This document shows, piece by piece, positions 43,218 through 57,514 of a stretch of DNA of 64,000 nucleotides. The stretch is from Octopus vulgaris (taxonomy: Eukaryota). The stretch is taken from assembly GCA_951406725.2 (NCBI GenBank), contig OX597814.1:112406001-112470000 (forward strand), written 5' to 3'. The translations under genes and the position numbers were made by a program. The notes under the pieces were generated by a model. That model saw only the letters and a program-made list of their open reading frames with translations, made no database searches and was not told the origin of the DNA. How positions within the stretch are numbered: the stretch's first letter is position 1; each line of letters begins with the position of its first letter.

Positions 43218-43443
43218 CATATACATATATATGTGTGTGTATGCATATGAATATGTACATATATATATATATGTATGTATGTAAGTATATATGTAAGTAT
43301 ATTTGTGTAGAATGTACATTATGCTATTTATGTCTTTGATTTTATTTCTCTATTTATTTATTTACATATGTATTTAGATATTTCTGTATATACATATGTA
43401 TATATGTGCAGCATATATATACATACATACATACATACATACA

Positions 43444-43510
<67 letters not shown>

Positions 43511-43589
43511 TACATATATGTATATGACTGTATATGAATATACGTATATGTATATATCAATATATATGTATATAATTACATATATTTAC

Positions 43590-43635
<46 letters not shown>

Positions 43636-43838
43636 ACGCGTAATTGTGTAGATTATATATATGTATATTAATGTATTTTACACACATATATATATATATA
43701 TATATATACGACACATAAATGTTTATATATATATATATAAGCTAGTAAACATAGGTATATATATTATTTATAAACATACATATAGAAATCACTATTTGCT
43801 GCTTGTTCATGTACACAAGTATATATATTATATAAATA

Positions 43839-43888
<50 letters not shown>

Positions 43889-43890
43889 TG

Positions 43891-43931
<41 letters not shown>

Positions 43932-44390
43932 ATAGAGAGAGACATAAATATATATGTATGTGTACGTGTTTGTATATGTATATATGTATGAATGTACGTA
44001 TGCATATATGTATATATGTATGTATACGTATATGTGTGAGAGAGAAAGAGAGACACAGAGTGAGAGAGAGAGAGAGAGAAAGGGAGAAAGATATTTCCTT
44101 TATAGTAATTTTCAAGGCAGTTTTCTCTCTAAGCGTCTTGCAATAATTTCCCCTGTAGTTATTAGAAAATGCTTTTAGAAGTTCAATAGAACCACTATCG
44201 ATCAAACTCCTCTATTTCTTTACACACACAGGTACACATACACACACGCAAACTTGTGCATACACACACCATGCGTACAGACATACACATACGCAAGCAT
44301 CATATATTTTTTATAATGCACAAACATACACATACAACATTAGTTACGCCGGCAGAGACATTTCCTCATATACACATATTTGTATATGCA

Positions 44391-44432
<42 letters not shown>

Positions 44433-44525
44433 CATATACATATACACACATACACACACATACGTATATATCTACATATATATATACATATATATGCATA
44501 TAATACCGACGTAAATCATATACAC

Positions 44526-44608
<83 letters not shown>

Positions 44609-44666
44609 CAGGTATATATGTAAATATATCATATATAAATATATGATGTTAGTATGCATTTATGTA

Positions 44667-44713
<47 letters not shown>

Positions 44714-44750
44714 GAATGTATGTATATATGTATATGTACACACACACACA

Positions 44751-44813
<63 letters not shown>

Positions 44814-44899
44814 GAAGTTACAGTGTAAAGAAGCTTTCAGACGGAAGGACATTCAGTTTAATTGAATGTTATTAGCGTTATTATTTATTTATTTCGTTA

Positions 44900-44903
44900 T
44901 CGC

Positions 44904-44935
<32 letters not shown>

Positions 44936-45680
44936 CCACCATCAACCTGATTATTAACGTCATTATCAACATCATCATTGCCGCCGCGGCCACCACCACC
45001 ACCACCATCAACATCATCATCATCATCGTCATCACCATGATCGTCATCACCATGATCGTCATCATCGTCGTCGCCATCATAGTTATCGCTTCACTTATTA
45101 ACAACATTATTAGTAAACGCCGTCTCGACCGTCGCCGACGACACCATGTTCGCCGTTCCCACCATGATCGTTATGAATCTTCACCTCCATCGCCTTCACC
45201 ATTACCTATCACAATAACAAAAACAACAACAATAACCACCGAGATCACTACCGTCAGCATCACCACCATCATCATCGTCATCATCATCATCATCAACTTC
45301 CACCTTATCGTTACTGAGTTTGTTGCTATCAGCATCATCACCATCATCATCATCACCACCGCCGTCAATATCATCATCACCATCACCATCATCATCAACT
45401 TCACCATCACTATCGTCATCATCGTCATCATCACCATCATCACCATCACTCTCAGCACCAGAATCAACTTCATCATCATCATCATCTTCACCACCGCCAT
45501 CATCATCATCAACTTCGCCATCACCATCGTCATCAACCTTGTCATCAACTTCACCATCATCATTATCAACCTCGTCATCATCATCGTAATCATCATCACC
45601 AACATCACCCTCATCACCAGCATCATCATCGTCGTCATCATCATCATCACCATCGTTACCATCATCGTCACCAACATCTG
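44900..45680. repeat. Degenerate (ATC/ACC/GTC)n trinucleotide region
   Basis: Directly visible. It yields Ile-, Asp-, Met- and Ser-rich ORFs in several frames. Confidence 0.92.
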
Positions 45681-46138
45681 CTATATTCTGTGTAACAATA
45701 TATCTGAGAAAAGCTTTCATGTATTTATTTATTTTTTTTATTTACTTTCCATCTTTTTTTTCTCTCGCCTGTTTAAACATAAAGATAAAATACCGACTGC
45801 ACACACACACGCGCGCGCGCGCACGCGCACACACATACACACAAACAGGCACACACAGGCACACATGGACAGGTACACAAACATACAGACAGAGGCACGC
45901 ACACAAGTACACACACACACACATACAAAACATTTGTATATTCCTCCACTCTCGCAAGACTTCACATAAGTATATGTGTGTTTATATATATATATATATA
46001 TATAGATATATATATATATTCATGTGTGTGTGTATATATAGTATGTAGTATATATACGTTTATATATATATGGTATATGGTATATTTATACGTGTATATA
46101 TATATATACATATATACGTATATATATGTGTATATATA

Positions 46139-46254
<116 letters not shown>

Positions 46255-46729
46255 AAAAAAGAGAGAAAGAGAGAGCCATATAACTTTTTAAAGTACTATA
46301 AATCTGTCTTCACTTTTTTCTGAGTTCGTATCTTATCAAAGTCACTTCACTTCGCAACATTTGTGAATAAATAAATACCAATTCCATATATTAGGGTGGA
46401 TTGCATCTAATCTGACCTTTCCTCCGAAATATCAGGTCTTGTGTCCTTGTTAGAAATCATTTTGCTTTTTGTATCAATAGAGGATCGAAGCAATTTTGAG
46501 GCAGTTACGTTAGAGAGCAGGAGATAAAAATGGCGTTCGTTTCATCCCTTATAATTCTGTATTCAGATCCCGCAAATGTAAGCTCCGTTTTTCATTCCTC
46601 CAGCGTCGATCAAATAAGATATTGTACACATTCCGGGTGAATGATATCGAGTAATCCTCTCCTTTTATAACTACTGGTTTTGACATTTTTTTTTTACTTG
46701 CTTCAATCTTTGAAATGCAGCCATGTATT

Positions 46730-47560
46730 ATATGGTAAGTTGAACAAATCAACTCCAAGACTTTCAACTCTAAAGGTCTGTTACGCATTTAATTGGTCAG
46801 TTAAATTTAAAATTTAACTTACCAGTTATATTCATGGCTGAACTTTTGTCAATCCCATTATGGACAACAGGTGGTTGGTCTTTGTAATATATCAGTGAGT
46901 ATATTAATGTAATTTTATTTATGGGCATGTTATTTGGCTAAATTTTAATTGGTACTATTTATGAAATCTTAAGTAATATTCTTTTTCTAGACCTATCAGT
47001 GAATCCAGTTATACTAAAGTACTTTTTTTTATTGTTTATACACACTGTTACTACTAAAGAAAGATTAGCCCACCGATTAATTGTCTGGTTTAGTCATTTG
47101 CTCAAAGGCCTGAAGTGTGACACTGCAAAATGGTATGATTCAAATATATTAAGCCTTCAATTCCTCTTCTTGAGGCTCTTTTTCTTTTCTTTTCTATTAT
47201 TTTATGCATTTTTCTTCACTCTGATTAAGTTCAATGTTCCAAATCGGATGTGTTATAAAATACGACGAATATTATTCTCAGAATTTTCTTTGGCAACACT
47301 GTGGGACATTGGAAACAGAAACGGTTGTTAGATGGCATAACGTTTTGTATTAAACAATAATAGTTGATGGTAGTCAATTTGGTTGTTGATCAAGAATTTT
47401 ATCCATTTTCTGCTTAATCTAAATTTGTTTCCTGATAAACTCTAGTTCATTTTGTCATTTCCTGTACCCCATGAGCATAGTATGTCTGCATACGTATACT
47501 CAGTGTAATTTATACCGGTAGTAAAAACGGATATTCTTATCCCTTAGACTGTTATTCCAG
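46730..47560 (-). mobile_element. Highly decayed L1-like RT remnant (tentative)
   Basis: Minus-strand fragments EYTYADI (YADD-like) and KILRIIF (ILGI.F-like) occur in the expected order. There are many stops and frameshifts. Confidence 0.35.
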
Positions 47561-47576
47561 CCGCTAACTCTACTAA

Positions 47577-47627
<51 letters not shown>

Positions 47628-47629
<2 letters not shown>

Positions 47630-47792
47630 GTCGGGCTTCTTTCAGTTTCCGTCTGCCAAATCCACTCACAAGGTTTCGGCCGGCCCGTTACTGTAATAGA
47701 AGACAAATGTTTAAGGTGTCACGCAGTGGAACTGAACTCGGGACCATTTGGTTGGGAAGCAAGCTTCTTCCCACACAGCTTCGCCTGCTCCT
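47628..47792 (-). mobile_element. SINE family A head half
   Basis: gggcttctttcagtttccgtctgccaaatccactcacaagg...ttgggaagcaagcttcttcccacacagc. Confidence 0.82.
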
Positions 47793-47803
47793 ATTTAATA
47801 CTG

Positions 47804-47853
<50 letters not shown>

Positions 47854-47877
47854 GTGTATATATATATGTATTTAATA

Positions 47878-48045
<168 letters not shown>

Positions 48046-48221
48046 GTATTTAATACTGTTTTATATATATATATAAAGGAAATGAAGAAAATGCTGACAA
48101 AATAATTTAAGTAAGGGAGAGTGTATTTAATTAGGTGAAAGTTCTTTTTACCGGTTGCGCATTTGTTATGCTTATCAAAAGATATTTTGAGAGAGAGTTC
48201 CTTTCTGATGGATTTTTTTCT

Positions 48222-48264
<43 letters not shown>

Positions 48265-48610
48265 GTATGTGTGTATGTTTGTATGTATATATAGTGTTTC
48301 TGGCGTTCTTCTATATTGATATCAATATCATCTTTATGATTGATGGTTTGAGAAATACGTCAACACTTTCATTTCTTACACAACATTTGGCGCAATGACC
48401 GTACCATACATTTAACAATTATGCTGTAGAGTGTCCATCAAAATTATCAAGGTTAAGTAATTCTATGTCAGACAGAATACCTTAACAATGGTTTTACAGA
48501 TCCTAGTATTACTATTTTCTAGAACATTCCTATATCTACCATTATTAATAATACATGTCTGTATAGAAATGTTTATTATCATTATTATTATTATTATTAT
48601 TATTATTCTA

Positions 48611-49168
<558 letters not shown>

Positions 49169-49240
49169 CATCATCGTTATTATTATTATTATTATTATAA
49201 ATGTTATTATTATTATTGTTATTGTTGTTGTTGTTGTTGT

Positions 49241-50460
49241 TCTACTAAAAGCACAAGACATAAATAAACATCCCAAATTAAAGAAAGATTTACAACCAAA
49301 ACCCCTACCATACATCTCCACACACAACCCCCTCAGCAATGAAGCCTTCAACGCAATCCTCCAAAACATACCGCTGCTAAAAAAAGGGTCACAGAATGAA
49401 CTTAATCCTCCAAACACACATCTTCATAAAAAGCTAGAGACAGCCCAAATCTATGAAAAGTCTCCTAACACAAGCCCGAATACGCTCATCGACACAGAAG
49501 CCGTCAGTAAAAAAATGCGGAAGACCCAACTGTGGGATATGCGTCTATTTAATTGAGGGATCAGAGTTCTCCTTCAAACAGGGACAACGTTTCATAGTGA
49601 AAAGCAACTTCACATTTGCTTCGGAGAACCTGATATACGCACTAACCTGCTCTGGGTGTCAAGAGTAATACATAGGCCAAACAAGAAACAGTGTACGTAA
49701 AAGAATGGCCCGGCACAGATCCCAGATCAAAATTCTCCCAAACAGAAAAATAGCATTCAGCCAACACATAGGCATTTGTGCCAATACTAAAAATCCAAGC
49801 TTCAGAATTTTCCCCTTGTACAAATTCAGGGACTATACAACCTGGGGCCAACGAATTAGTAAAGAGACTCTCTTTATTACAAAATACAGACCCCTTTTGA
49901 ACGCGTCTACAACAAACAACATATCCAACATAGCCTTAGAATAACACAAATACACACGCAAATATTAAAAATGATACACTCAACATATTCCCAAGAATTC
50001 ATTAAAAAACAGTCCCAATCACTCCTATATTCCATAACGTGCCAATTTTAAGTCATTTGAACATTTAACACCTTACTAGTTTCATACTATGTACATTCCT
50101 TCTTATTCTCCCTTCTCTTTCTTCTTTTTCTTCTTCTTTGTCTTCTTCCTCCTTCTTCCTAACTTTACCACTATTGCTGTTTAGAATAACACCTACGCAA
50201 AACATTCAAAAGAAATGTTCCAGGAATTCAACAATTACTACTACCATCCACGGCGGGTCATTTTCGGGGCAGCTGACCATTCAACATATTACTATCATGG
50301 AACTCCCATATGCAAATATTCTTTTTAAATAACTTTTCTCTTAATTTTTCCCAAATTTAATTGTCTTTCACACCTACAGTTGAAAGTCTCAATGACTGAA
50401 ACCGGTACTGAAATGTTTTTCAGAAAATTATTTTAGCATTTTCTATCTTGACTTTTTTCC
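49241..50460 (+). mobile_element. Penelope-like (Neptune-type) retroelement 3' part: GIY-YIG endonuclease pseudogene plus 3' UTR
   Basis: RQPKSMKSLLTQA...KKCGRPNCGIC...NFTFASENLIYALTCSGCQE*YIGQTRNSVRKRMARHRSQI...FSQHIGIC...RISKETLFITKYRPLLN. This is a Cys-rich linker plus IY..YIG motifs with in-frame stops. An HHR-like remnant lies at 50377-50410. Confidence 0.9.
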
Positions 50461-50464
50461 ATAT

Positions 50465-50506
<42 letters not shown>

Positions 50507-50913
50507 TCGAATAAGAGACATTTTACCAATGACAGCTGGTATCACTATTGTTTCGGCCTGGCAGGTAAAACAATCATTTTCTTCTCGTATTTACAAATCA
50601 CCATTTTCTACAAGCTACATCTATAACTTTGACCGATTTATTTGAGTCTGTATAAATGGTACAGATTAAGCTTATTTGATTATTTTTTTGTTTCAGGTTT
50701 CTTGGCTGACAGCTGGCTTCCAAATTTTAGATTTCATTTTTAGATTTCATTTTTTAATTTTTGTTTTTCAGTTTTCTTTTACGATAGGAAATACTAGTGA
50801 TATTTAAAATAATTCTGAATCTCACAAGAATATATCTTTGCACGTATACATACACACACGTGTGTGTGGTCATGTGTATGTATGTAAGTTTGAATATATA
50901 TATAGAGAGAGAG

Positions 50914-51009
<96 letters not shown>

Positions 51010-51011
<2 letters not shown>

Positions 51012-51190
51012 AATTTGCAGAAAAATAAATGAACGAAGATAGGTGTATTAACAACAAGCAAGTATATTAGTTTGACGCTCGGGAAGGTGAGAAAGTCTTT
51101 TATATTTCGAGCCTATGCTCTTCAACAGGAAGGAATGAAAGGAAATAAACAGAGATTAAAAAACAACTTGCCGATTTAGTGATCAGGCAT
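51010..51190 (-). mobile_element. Penelope-like terminal remnant with CUGUUGA hammerhead-like motif
   Basis: Minus strand ttcCTGTTGA-agagc-atag-gctc-GAAA-ta-TA-aaag. Confidence 0.6.
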
Positions 51191-51228
51191 ATATATATAT
51201 ATATAGATAGATAGATAGATAGATAGAA

Positions 51229-51297
<69 letters not shown>

Positions 51298-51448
51298 GAC
51301 ACAATATAAGACGAAAAAGGAAAAATTAAATTTTCCTTAATAGTGACTGAGGGCGTGGGGTAGCACCTATATTGCTAGAAACAAGACCCAATGATCTTTA
51401 TTGTCAGAAAAAGTACATTGTCTATCTTCTGACAAGGGAGATAATCGT

Positions 51449-51515
51449 CCCACAGCGAGCGTGATCACCATGCTGGCACGCTTGTTTCGCTTGGAATTAA
51501 AGTTCCTCAGTGGCA
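51449..51515 (-). ncRNA. Degenerate hammerhead-like motif
   Basis: gcca-CTGAGGA-actt-taattcc-aagc-GAAA-caagcgtg...cacgctcg-CT-gtgg. The core and a long stem III are present, but position 16.1 is not U. Confidence 0.4.
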
Positions 51516-51644
51516 ACTACTCCATCGCTGATGGTTAAGTTAGATCCCACCAGTCAGTAAATATGGTATTTACTACACGAATCAATGGATGGCTCAGTAA
51601 AATGGTAAATATATATATATAGACTACATACATACAAATGGACT

Positions 51645-51724
<80 letters not shown>

Positions 51725-52091
51725 TTATATATACACATACGTACACATGAATAGCACGCACGGATACGAACACACATGCACATATATATTCACATATGTG
51801 TATATATATGTATATACGTACATATATATATGTATGTGTGTGTGTTTATATGTATATATAAATGTATATATACAATTTTGGGGGATTAATCGATATGTGA
51901 GTATTCTATTAATCGCATATCGATTAATCCTCCAAAATTGAATATTGACTTTTATCAGATACTGTGTATATTTATAGATAGATATACAAAAATACGATAA
52001 ATAAGAACACAAAAGTACGATATGTAGATGCATATAATGCTGAAAGGTTACACCTCATTCATTTGGACATTTGTTTTCCCAAAATTATTTA

Positions 52092-52137
<46 letters not shown>

Positions 52138-52233
52138 TATATATATATATACATACATACATACATACATACATACACATATATATTTGTATGTATACAT
52201 GCATATATATACATATGAAACACACACACACAG

Positions 52234-52318
<85 letters not shown>

Positions 52319-52727
52319 ATTGTCGAACGATGGAAATGAATGCTCAACACCACATCGGCGGATACAATGTTTTTATTTGTGAATTAAGTCTACCATTCGT
52401 TACATGTTAAGAGAAATCGGAAAATATCCTAGTGTCTTAACATTTTTTCAAGCTGATTACGTGGAGAAAGTTGTTGGCCTCCATTTTGGAAAACAACCTA
52501 CTCGTAGCAAAAGTCATTACTTTCACCTGGTTCAATGTAACTAACCCGACACCGGCCATTATTTTACGTTCTACGCTGAAATTGTTCTTGTTGCAACTTT
52601 AATCATTCCTCTTTATATAACAGTATCAGTTATATACTAATACCAAATCACTCACTTTTGAGGTGGATTTGGTAGATGGAAACTGAAAGAAGTCTGTTGT
52701 ATACATGTATATATATATACATACACA

Positions 52728-52798
<71 letters not shown>

Positions 52799-53031
52799 CT
52801 AATGAGGATAAAATTTCTTTCGAAAAAAAAATGTTATCAATGGCCAGCATATTAAAAAATACCTTAAACGGTTAAATTCATAAACAATTCATAAATGAGG
52901 GCAAAGGAAAAAATTTCTAATGCCAAATATGCCGAAAAATTGGACATATTGTCCATTAACCATATAATTTTTTCACAATACGCACGCTACTCGAAAAGAG
53001 GTCGACAGACATTTCTAAAAAATTCCATTAT

Positions 53032-53089
53032 TACCATATCGGACCGATTTCAGAGTTAGCTACTAAGAGCTCTCTCTTCGTCAGTGATA
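53032..53089 (-). ncRNA. Type I hammerhead ribozyme motif
   Basis: tatca-CTGACGA-agag..ctct-GAAA-tcgg-t-ccga-TA-tggta. Confidence 0.75.
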
Positions 53090-53516
53090 CATATGGCAAA
53101 AGAAATAAATGAGATACTTACTCATACCCATGGAAGAAGCAAACACTAAGTCATGAGCACAACTAAGTACCCCAAATACATCCAAAATAGAAATACTCCA
53201 GCCCATTCGAGATACGTGCGATTTGAACTGAGGCTCTCACAGAGTGAGATAGTCCGGAAGTGAACGCTTAAATTTATATCTAATGAGGATAAAATTTCTT
53301 TCGAAAAAAATTTTATCAATGGCCAGCATATTGAAAAATACCTTAAACGGTTAAATTTATAAACAATTCATAAATGAGGGCAAAAGAAAAAATTTCTAAT
53401 CCCAAATATGCCGAATGTATTTGCATGTATTTGGGGTACTTAGTTGTGCTCATGACTTAGTGTTTGCTTCTTTCATGGGTATGAGTAAGTATCTCATTTA
53501 TTTCTTTTGCCACATA

Positions 53517-53574
53517 TATCACTGACGAAGAGAGGGCTCTTAGTAGCTAACTCTGAAATCGGTCCGATATGGTA
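53517..53574 (+). ncRNA. Type I hammerhead ribozyme motif (inverted copy)
   Basis: tatca-CTGACGA-agag..ctct-GAAA-tcgg-t-ccga-TA-tggta. Confidence 0.75.
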
Positions 53575-53716
53575 ATAATGGAATTTTTTAGAAATGTCTG
53601 TCGACCTCTTTTCGAGTAGCGTGCGTATTGTGAAAAAATTATATGGTTAATGGATAATATGTCCAATTTTTCGGCATATTTGGCATTAGAAATTTTTTCC
53701 TTTGCCGTCATTTATG

Positions 53717-53804
<88 letters not shown>

Positions 53805-53834
53805 CTGTGTGTATGTATGTATATATATATATGG

Positions 53835-54272
53835 AGTGTTGTTTTGTCCACCACCGCCGCTTCACCTCCAGTGTAGGTGTTTTAACGTCCCCTTAACTTA
53901 GCATTTCGGCAAACATGACCGATAGAGTAAATACCAGCCTTTAAAAAATATAAGCCGTGGGGCCGATTCATTGATTCGACTGAAAATTCTTCAAGGCGGC
54001 GGTGCCTTAGCATGGTCCCAGTCAATGACTAGAACAAGAAAAGAATAAGAGAAATGTAGATACAATTTGTATAGATACATTACATGAACCAACATACGAA
54101 ATAAAGATATGTATAGGCGCTGACGAGGCTGTTTGGTAAGAAGCTTGCTTCCCAACCACATGGTTCCGGGTTCAGATTCACTGTGTGGCATCTTGGGCAA
54201 GTGTCTTCTACTATAACCCCAGGCCTTGTGAGTGGATTTGGTAGACGGAAACGGAAAGAAACCTGTCGTATA
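53835..54272 (+). mobile_element. SINE family A tail half (to about 54050) followed by a head half (from about 54115)
   Basis: Tail ...gcatggtcccagtcaatgactagaacaag. Head ggctgtttggtaagaagcttgcttcccaaccacatggttccgggttcag. Confidence 0.8.
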
Positions 54273-54370
54273 TAGCATCCACGAACCGTCACTAAAATCT
54301 TAAGTTTTCATATAGCAACATGGAGAAAAGACAGAGAGACAAGATTAAACTATTAAAAAATTCCTGAATA

Positions 54371-54429
54371 ATTCTAGATCCCGGATTTCCGGATGTGCAT
54401 TTAGAAATGCTTTGCTTCGTCAGTAGAAT
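54371..54429 (-). ncRNA. Hammerhead-like motif with imperfect stem II
   Basis: attcta-CTGACGA-agcaaagcatttctaaatgcacatccg-GAAA-tcc-g-gga-TC-tagaat. Stem I is a perfect 6 bp and the cleavage triplet is AUC. Confidence 0.6.
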
Positions 54430-54789
54430 ACACTCAGAAAGAAACATGAATACATATATATATAAATACAACATACGAATACTTACATATACGAACATAT
54501 TACCTACATATATATGCACGTATACCTCAAAGGTAGTTCAAAATGCCCGCTAATTCCATGTGATATATGGTAAAATATCACCGCAGTAATTACAGTGACG
54601 AAATAAATTTAAATTTATATAAATAAGGATAAAATCGTTAATTTAAAATAAAATAATGAACTTATCAAGTGGTAAGCATGGAAAAAATAACCTTCAAAGG
54701 TAATAATTATTAAAATTATAAATTAGGGCATCTCGTAGATACCCTAATTTATAATTTTAGTATATATGTATATACACACACACACACAA

Positions 54790-54972
54790 ATGTGTGTGTG
54801 TCCACCATCGCATGACAACCGATGCTGGTGTGTTTACGGCCCCTGTAACTTCGGTAAAAGACACCGATGAATAATTACTAGAATTACAAAGAATAAGTTC
54901 TGTTGTCGATTCGTTCGACTAAAGGCGGTTCTCCAGCATGGCCGCAGTCAAATGGCTGAAACAAATAAAAGA
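54790..54972 (+). mobile_element. SINE family A tail half
   Basis: gacaaccgatgctggtgtgtttacg...ctccagcatggccgcagtcaaatggctgaaacaaataaaag. Confidence 0.85.
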
Positions 54973-54983
54973 AAGCGTATATA

Positions 54984-55378
54984 TTCCTTTCCACACGAGG
55001 CACAAAGCCCGAAGTTTTCGGAGAGGGGGCAGTTAATTAGATCGACCCCAGTACGCAACTGTTACTTAATTTATCGACCCCGAAAGGATGAAAGGCAAAG
55101 TCGACCTCGGCGGAATTTGAACTCAGAACGTAACGGCAGACAAAATACCCATTTCTTTACTACCTACAAGGGGCTAAACACAGAGGGGACAAACAAGGAC
55201 AGACAAACGGATTAAGTCAATTATATCGACCCCAGTGCGTAACTGGTACTTATTTAATCGATCCCGAAAGGATGAAAGGCAAAGTCGACCACGGCGGAAT
55301 TTGAACTCAGAACGTAGCGGCAGACGAAATACTGCTAAGCATTTCGCCCGGCATGCTAACGTTTCTGCCAGCTCACCA
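54984..55378 (-). mobile_element. Dimer of SINE family B
   Basis: Two units with the same internal linker and terminal tail arrangement as the 16678 tetramer. Confidence 0.9.
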
Positions 55379-56144
55379 CTTTAGAAATTGGGCAGTTGTA
55401 TGCCATCACCTATTTAATTAAAGAACATATGTATAAACGTGTAACTATACATTTTTATGTACGTAAAGCTTATGTGCTTACATATATATGTATTTATATC
55501 TTATCTGAAATTTATTGAAGTGTTTCTATGCAGAATTCAATCTGGTCAGTAAAAATGTGTGAAAGTCTCTTTGTTTAAGCACGACATTTCCAAGTATTTT
55601 GTGAATATATCAATGAGAATTGAGAGTGTGCATGCGATGTATGTAATTGCTTATCTGGGTGCACTTCATCTCAGGTAATGAGCGTACAAGAAGTGTCTGT
55701 AGTACACAAGCATACGTAGTCTTGTGCGGGGGGGGGGGGGGAGGGTGTATGTGTGTGTGTGTGTGTGTGTGTGAATATATATTTTGTATGTGTATGTGTG
55801 TTATGTGCATATGTGATGTTCCGTGTGTGTTCATTCCAGGAAAATCAAATGAGTAATCACTGGAATGTGTTACAAGTCTTCACTGTTTCACTATGACAGA
55901 CACACACATGCTTGCAAGCAGTTGCAGAGTAACTGACTTACAGAGATGTGTGTGTGTGTGTGTGTGTGTGTGTATGAGAGAGAGAGAGAGAGAGATGAAG
56001 GTGAGATGGAAATGGATCGCTGAATGAGAAAATAGACACATTAAGAAAGATATGGCGATTAAATGAAAGATATATGTGTATACATACATACGTATATACA
56101 TACACGCTTGCATACATTTTATATATACATACATATATACATAC

Positions 56145-56189
<45 letters not shown>

Positions 56190-56190
<1 letters not shown>

Positions 56191-56345
56191 GGAGAAAAAG
56201 AAAGAAAGTAGGAAAGAAAAAGAGAGAGAAAGAGAGAAAGAAAGAGAGAGAGAAATAAATAAATAAAGGAAGAGTGAAAGAAAGAGAGAAAGAAAGAAAG
56301 CGAGAGAAAGAGAGAAAGAAAGAAAGAAAAAGAGAAAGGAAGGAA

Positions 56346-56379
<34 letters not shown>

Positions 56380-56455
56380 GAGATAGAAATAGAGAAAGAG
56401 AGAGAGAAAGAAAGAAAGAAAGAAGGAATGAAAAGAAGGAAGAAAGAAAGAAAGA
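56190..56455 (+). repeat. Nearly pure polypurine (GA/GAAA) tract
   Basis: Directly visible. Confidence 0.9.
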
Positions 56456-56949
56456 GTGTGTTATAGCAGAAATTGAATGGCTAAAAGTTATACTCGGTGT
56501 GTACATGCAAGCATTATTGAAGCGATGTCGGGTAAGATGGCTACCAGCAGCTATTACTCATGCACAATAAGTCTGCATTTTACAAAGGCAGCTACCTCAA
56601 ACCGGATTAATAGAAACCTTACTTCTCTGAAGCACCAGCACTTCCACCGCCACACCATCAGACCACTCACTGGACCATGGGGCTGGAAACAATATTTTAG
56701 ACTGTTTGATCAAACACCTGAACTGGCGAGCCAAACATTCATTGTCATGTACTTTTTAAGTCGAACGCACATACGTTCAGGCATACATACGCAATAATAT
56801 TCATTGCGGAAGTGACACATCCTTTTCTACAGCTAAGTGGTCACTGAGGCAAACAGCTAAAATACAATAAGGCCAACTGCATTCGATCGTGAAATTGAAA
56901 AATTCTTAGACATTATTATCTAGGCCACGATGTAGCCACAAACAGTAAA

Positions 56950-57290
56950 TATAACCAAGACCATTACAACTATCACATCAACCACAACTACTATGAAACA
57001 AATACCAACATCACAACAATCACAGTTATAACCACAAACGCCATAGCCTCATCTACAACAGCTACTACAACTTCGACCAACAAACACCAAAACCACAACA
57101 TGATAACAACTAAAACTATAACCACAACTTACACCACATTAAACCACAACAGCTATGACCACAACTATAAGTACAACCAACAAACACCGACAGAACAACT
57201 GCAACTAAAAAGCGCCATCGCCACAACAATCATCCCCATGATCACAACCATCAACCGCTAACAGCACACTAGCCATAATCACAACAACAA
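56950..57290. repeat. Degenerate (CAA/CCA/CTA)n low-complexity region
   Basis: Directly visible. Stops are present, so there is no ORF. Confidence 0.8.
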
Positions 57291-57304
57291 CGTATATATA
57301 TATA

Positions 57305-57450
57305 TACGACAAGCTTCTTTCAGTTTCCTTCTACCAAATCCACTCACAAGGCTTTGGTTGGCCTATAGTAGAAGACACTTGCGTAGTGGGACTGAACCCG
57401 GAACCATGTGGTTGGTAAGCAAGCTACTTACCACACAGCTACTCCTGTGC
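57305..57450 (-). mobile_element. SINE family A head half with deletions
   Basis: gcttctttcagtttcc...gggactgaacccggaaccatgtggttggtaagcaagctacttaccacacagc. Confidence 0.85.
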
Positions 57451-57514
57451 ATGATTAATTTGTTAGAATGGGGATTAATAAGCATGGCATTTAATAAAGT
57501 AATCTAAAAGCTGA

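Larger units (their letters stand above)
52799..53720 (-). mobile_element. Non-coding Penelope-like pseudo-LTR structure (direct repeat plus inverted copy) with two hammerheads
   Basis: 52799-52935 is repeated at 53280-53415. 53425-53720 is the reverse complement of 52886-53181. Flanked by (TA)n. Confidence 0.8.

Noticed and set aside
44866-45969. 367-aa Ile-rich ORF and overlapping Asp-rich or Ser-rich ORFs
   Set aside because: This is a degenerate (ATC)n tract with no recognisable domain or exon boundaries.
56190-56455. Lys/Glu/Arg-rich ORFs
   Set aside because: This is a polypurine simple repeat, not coding.
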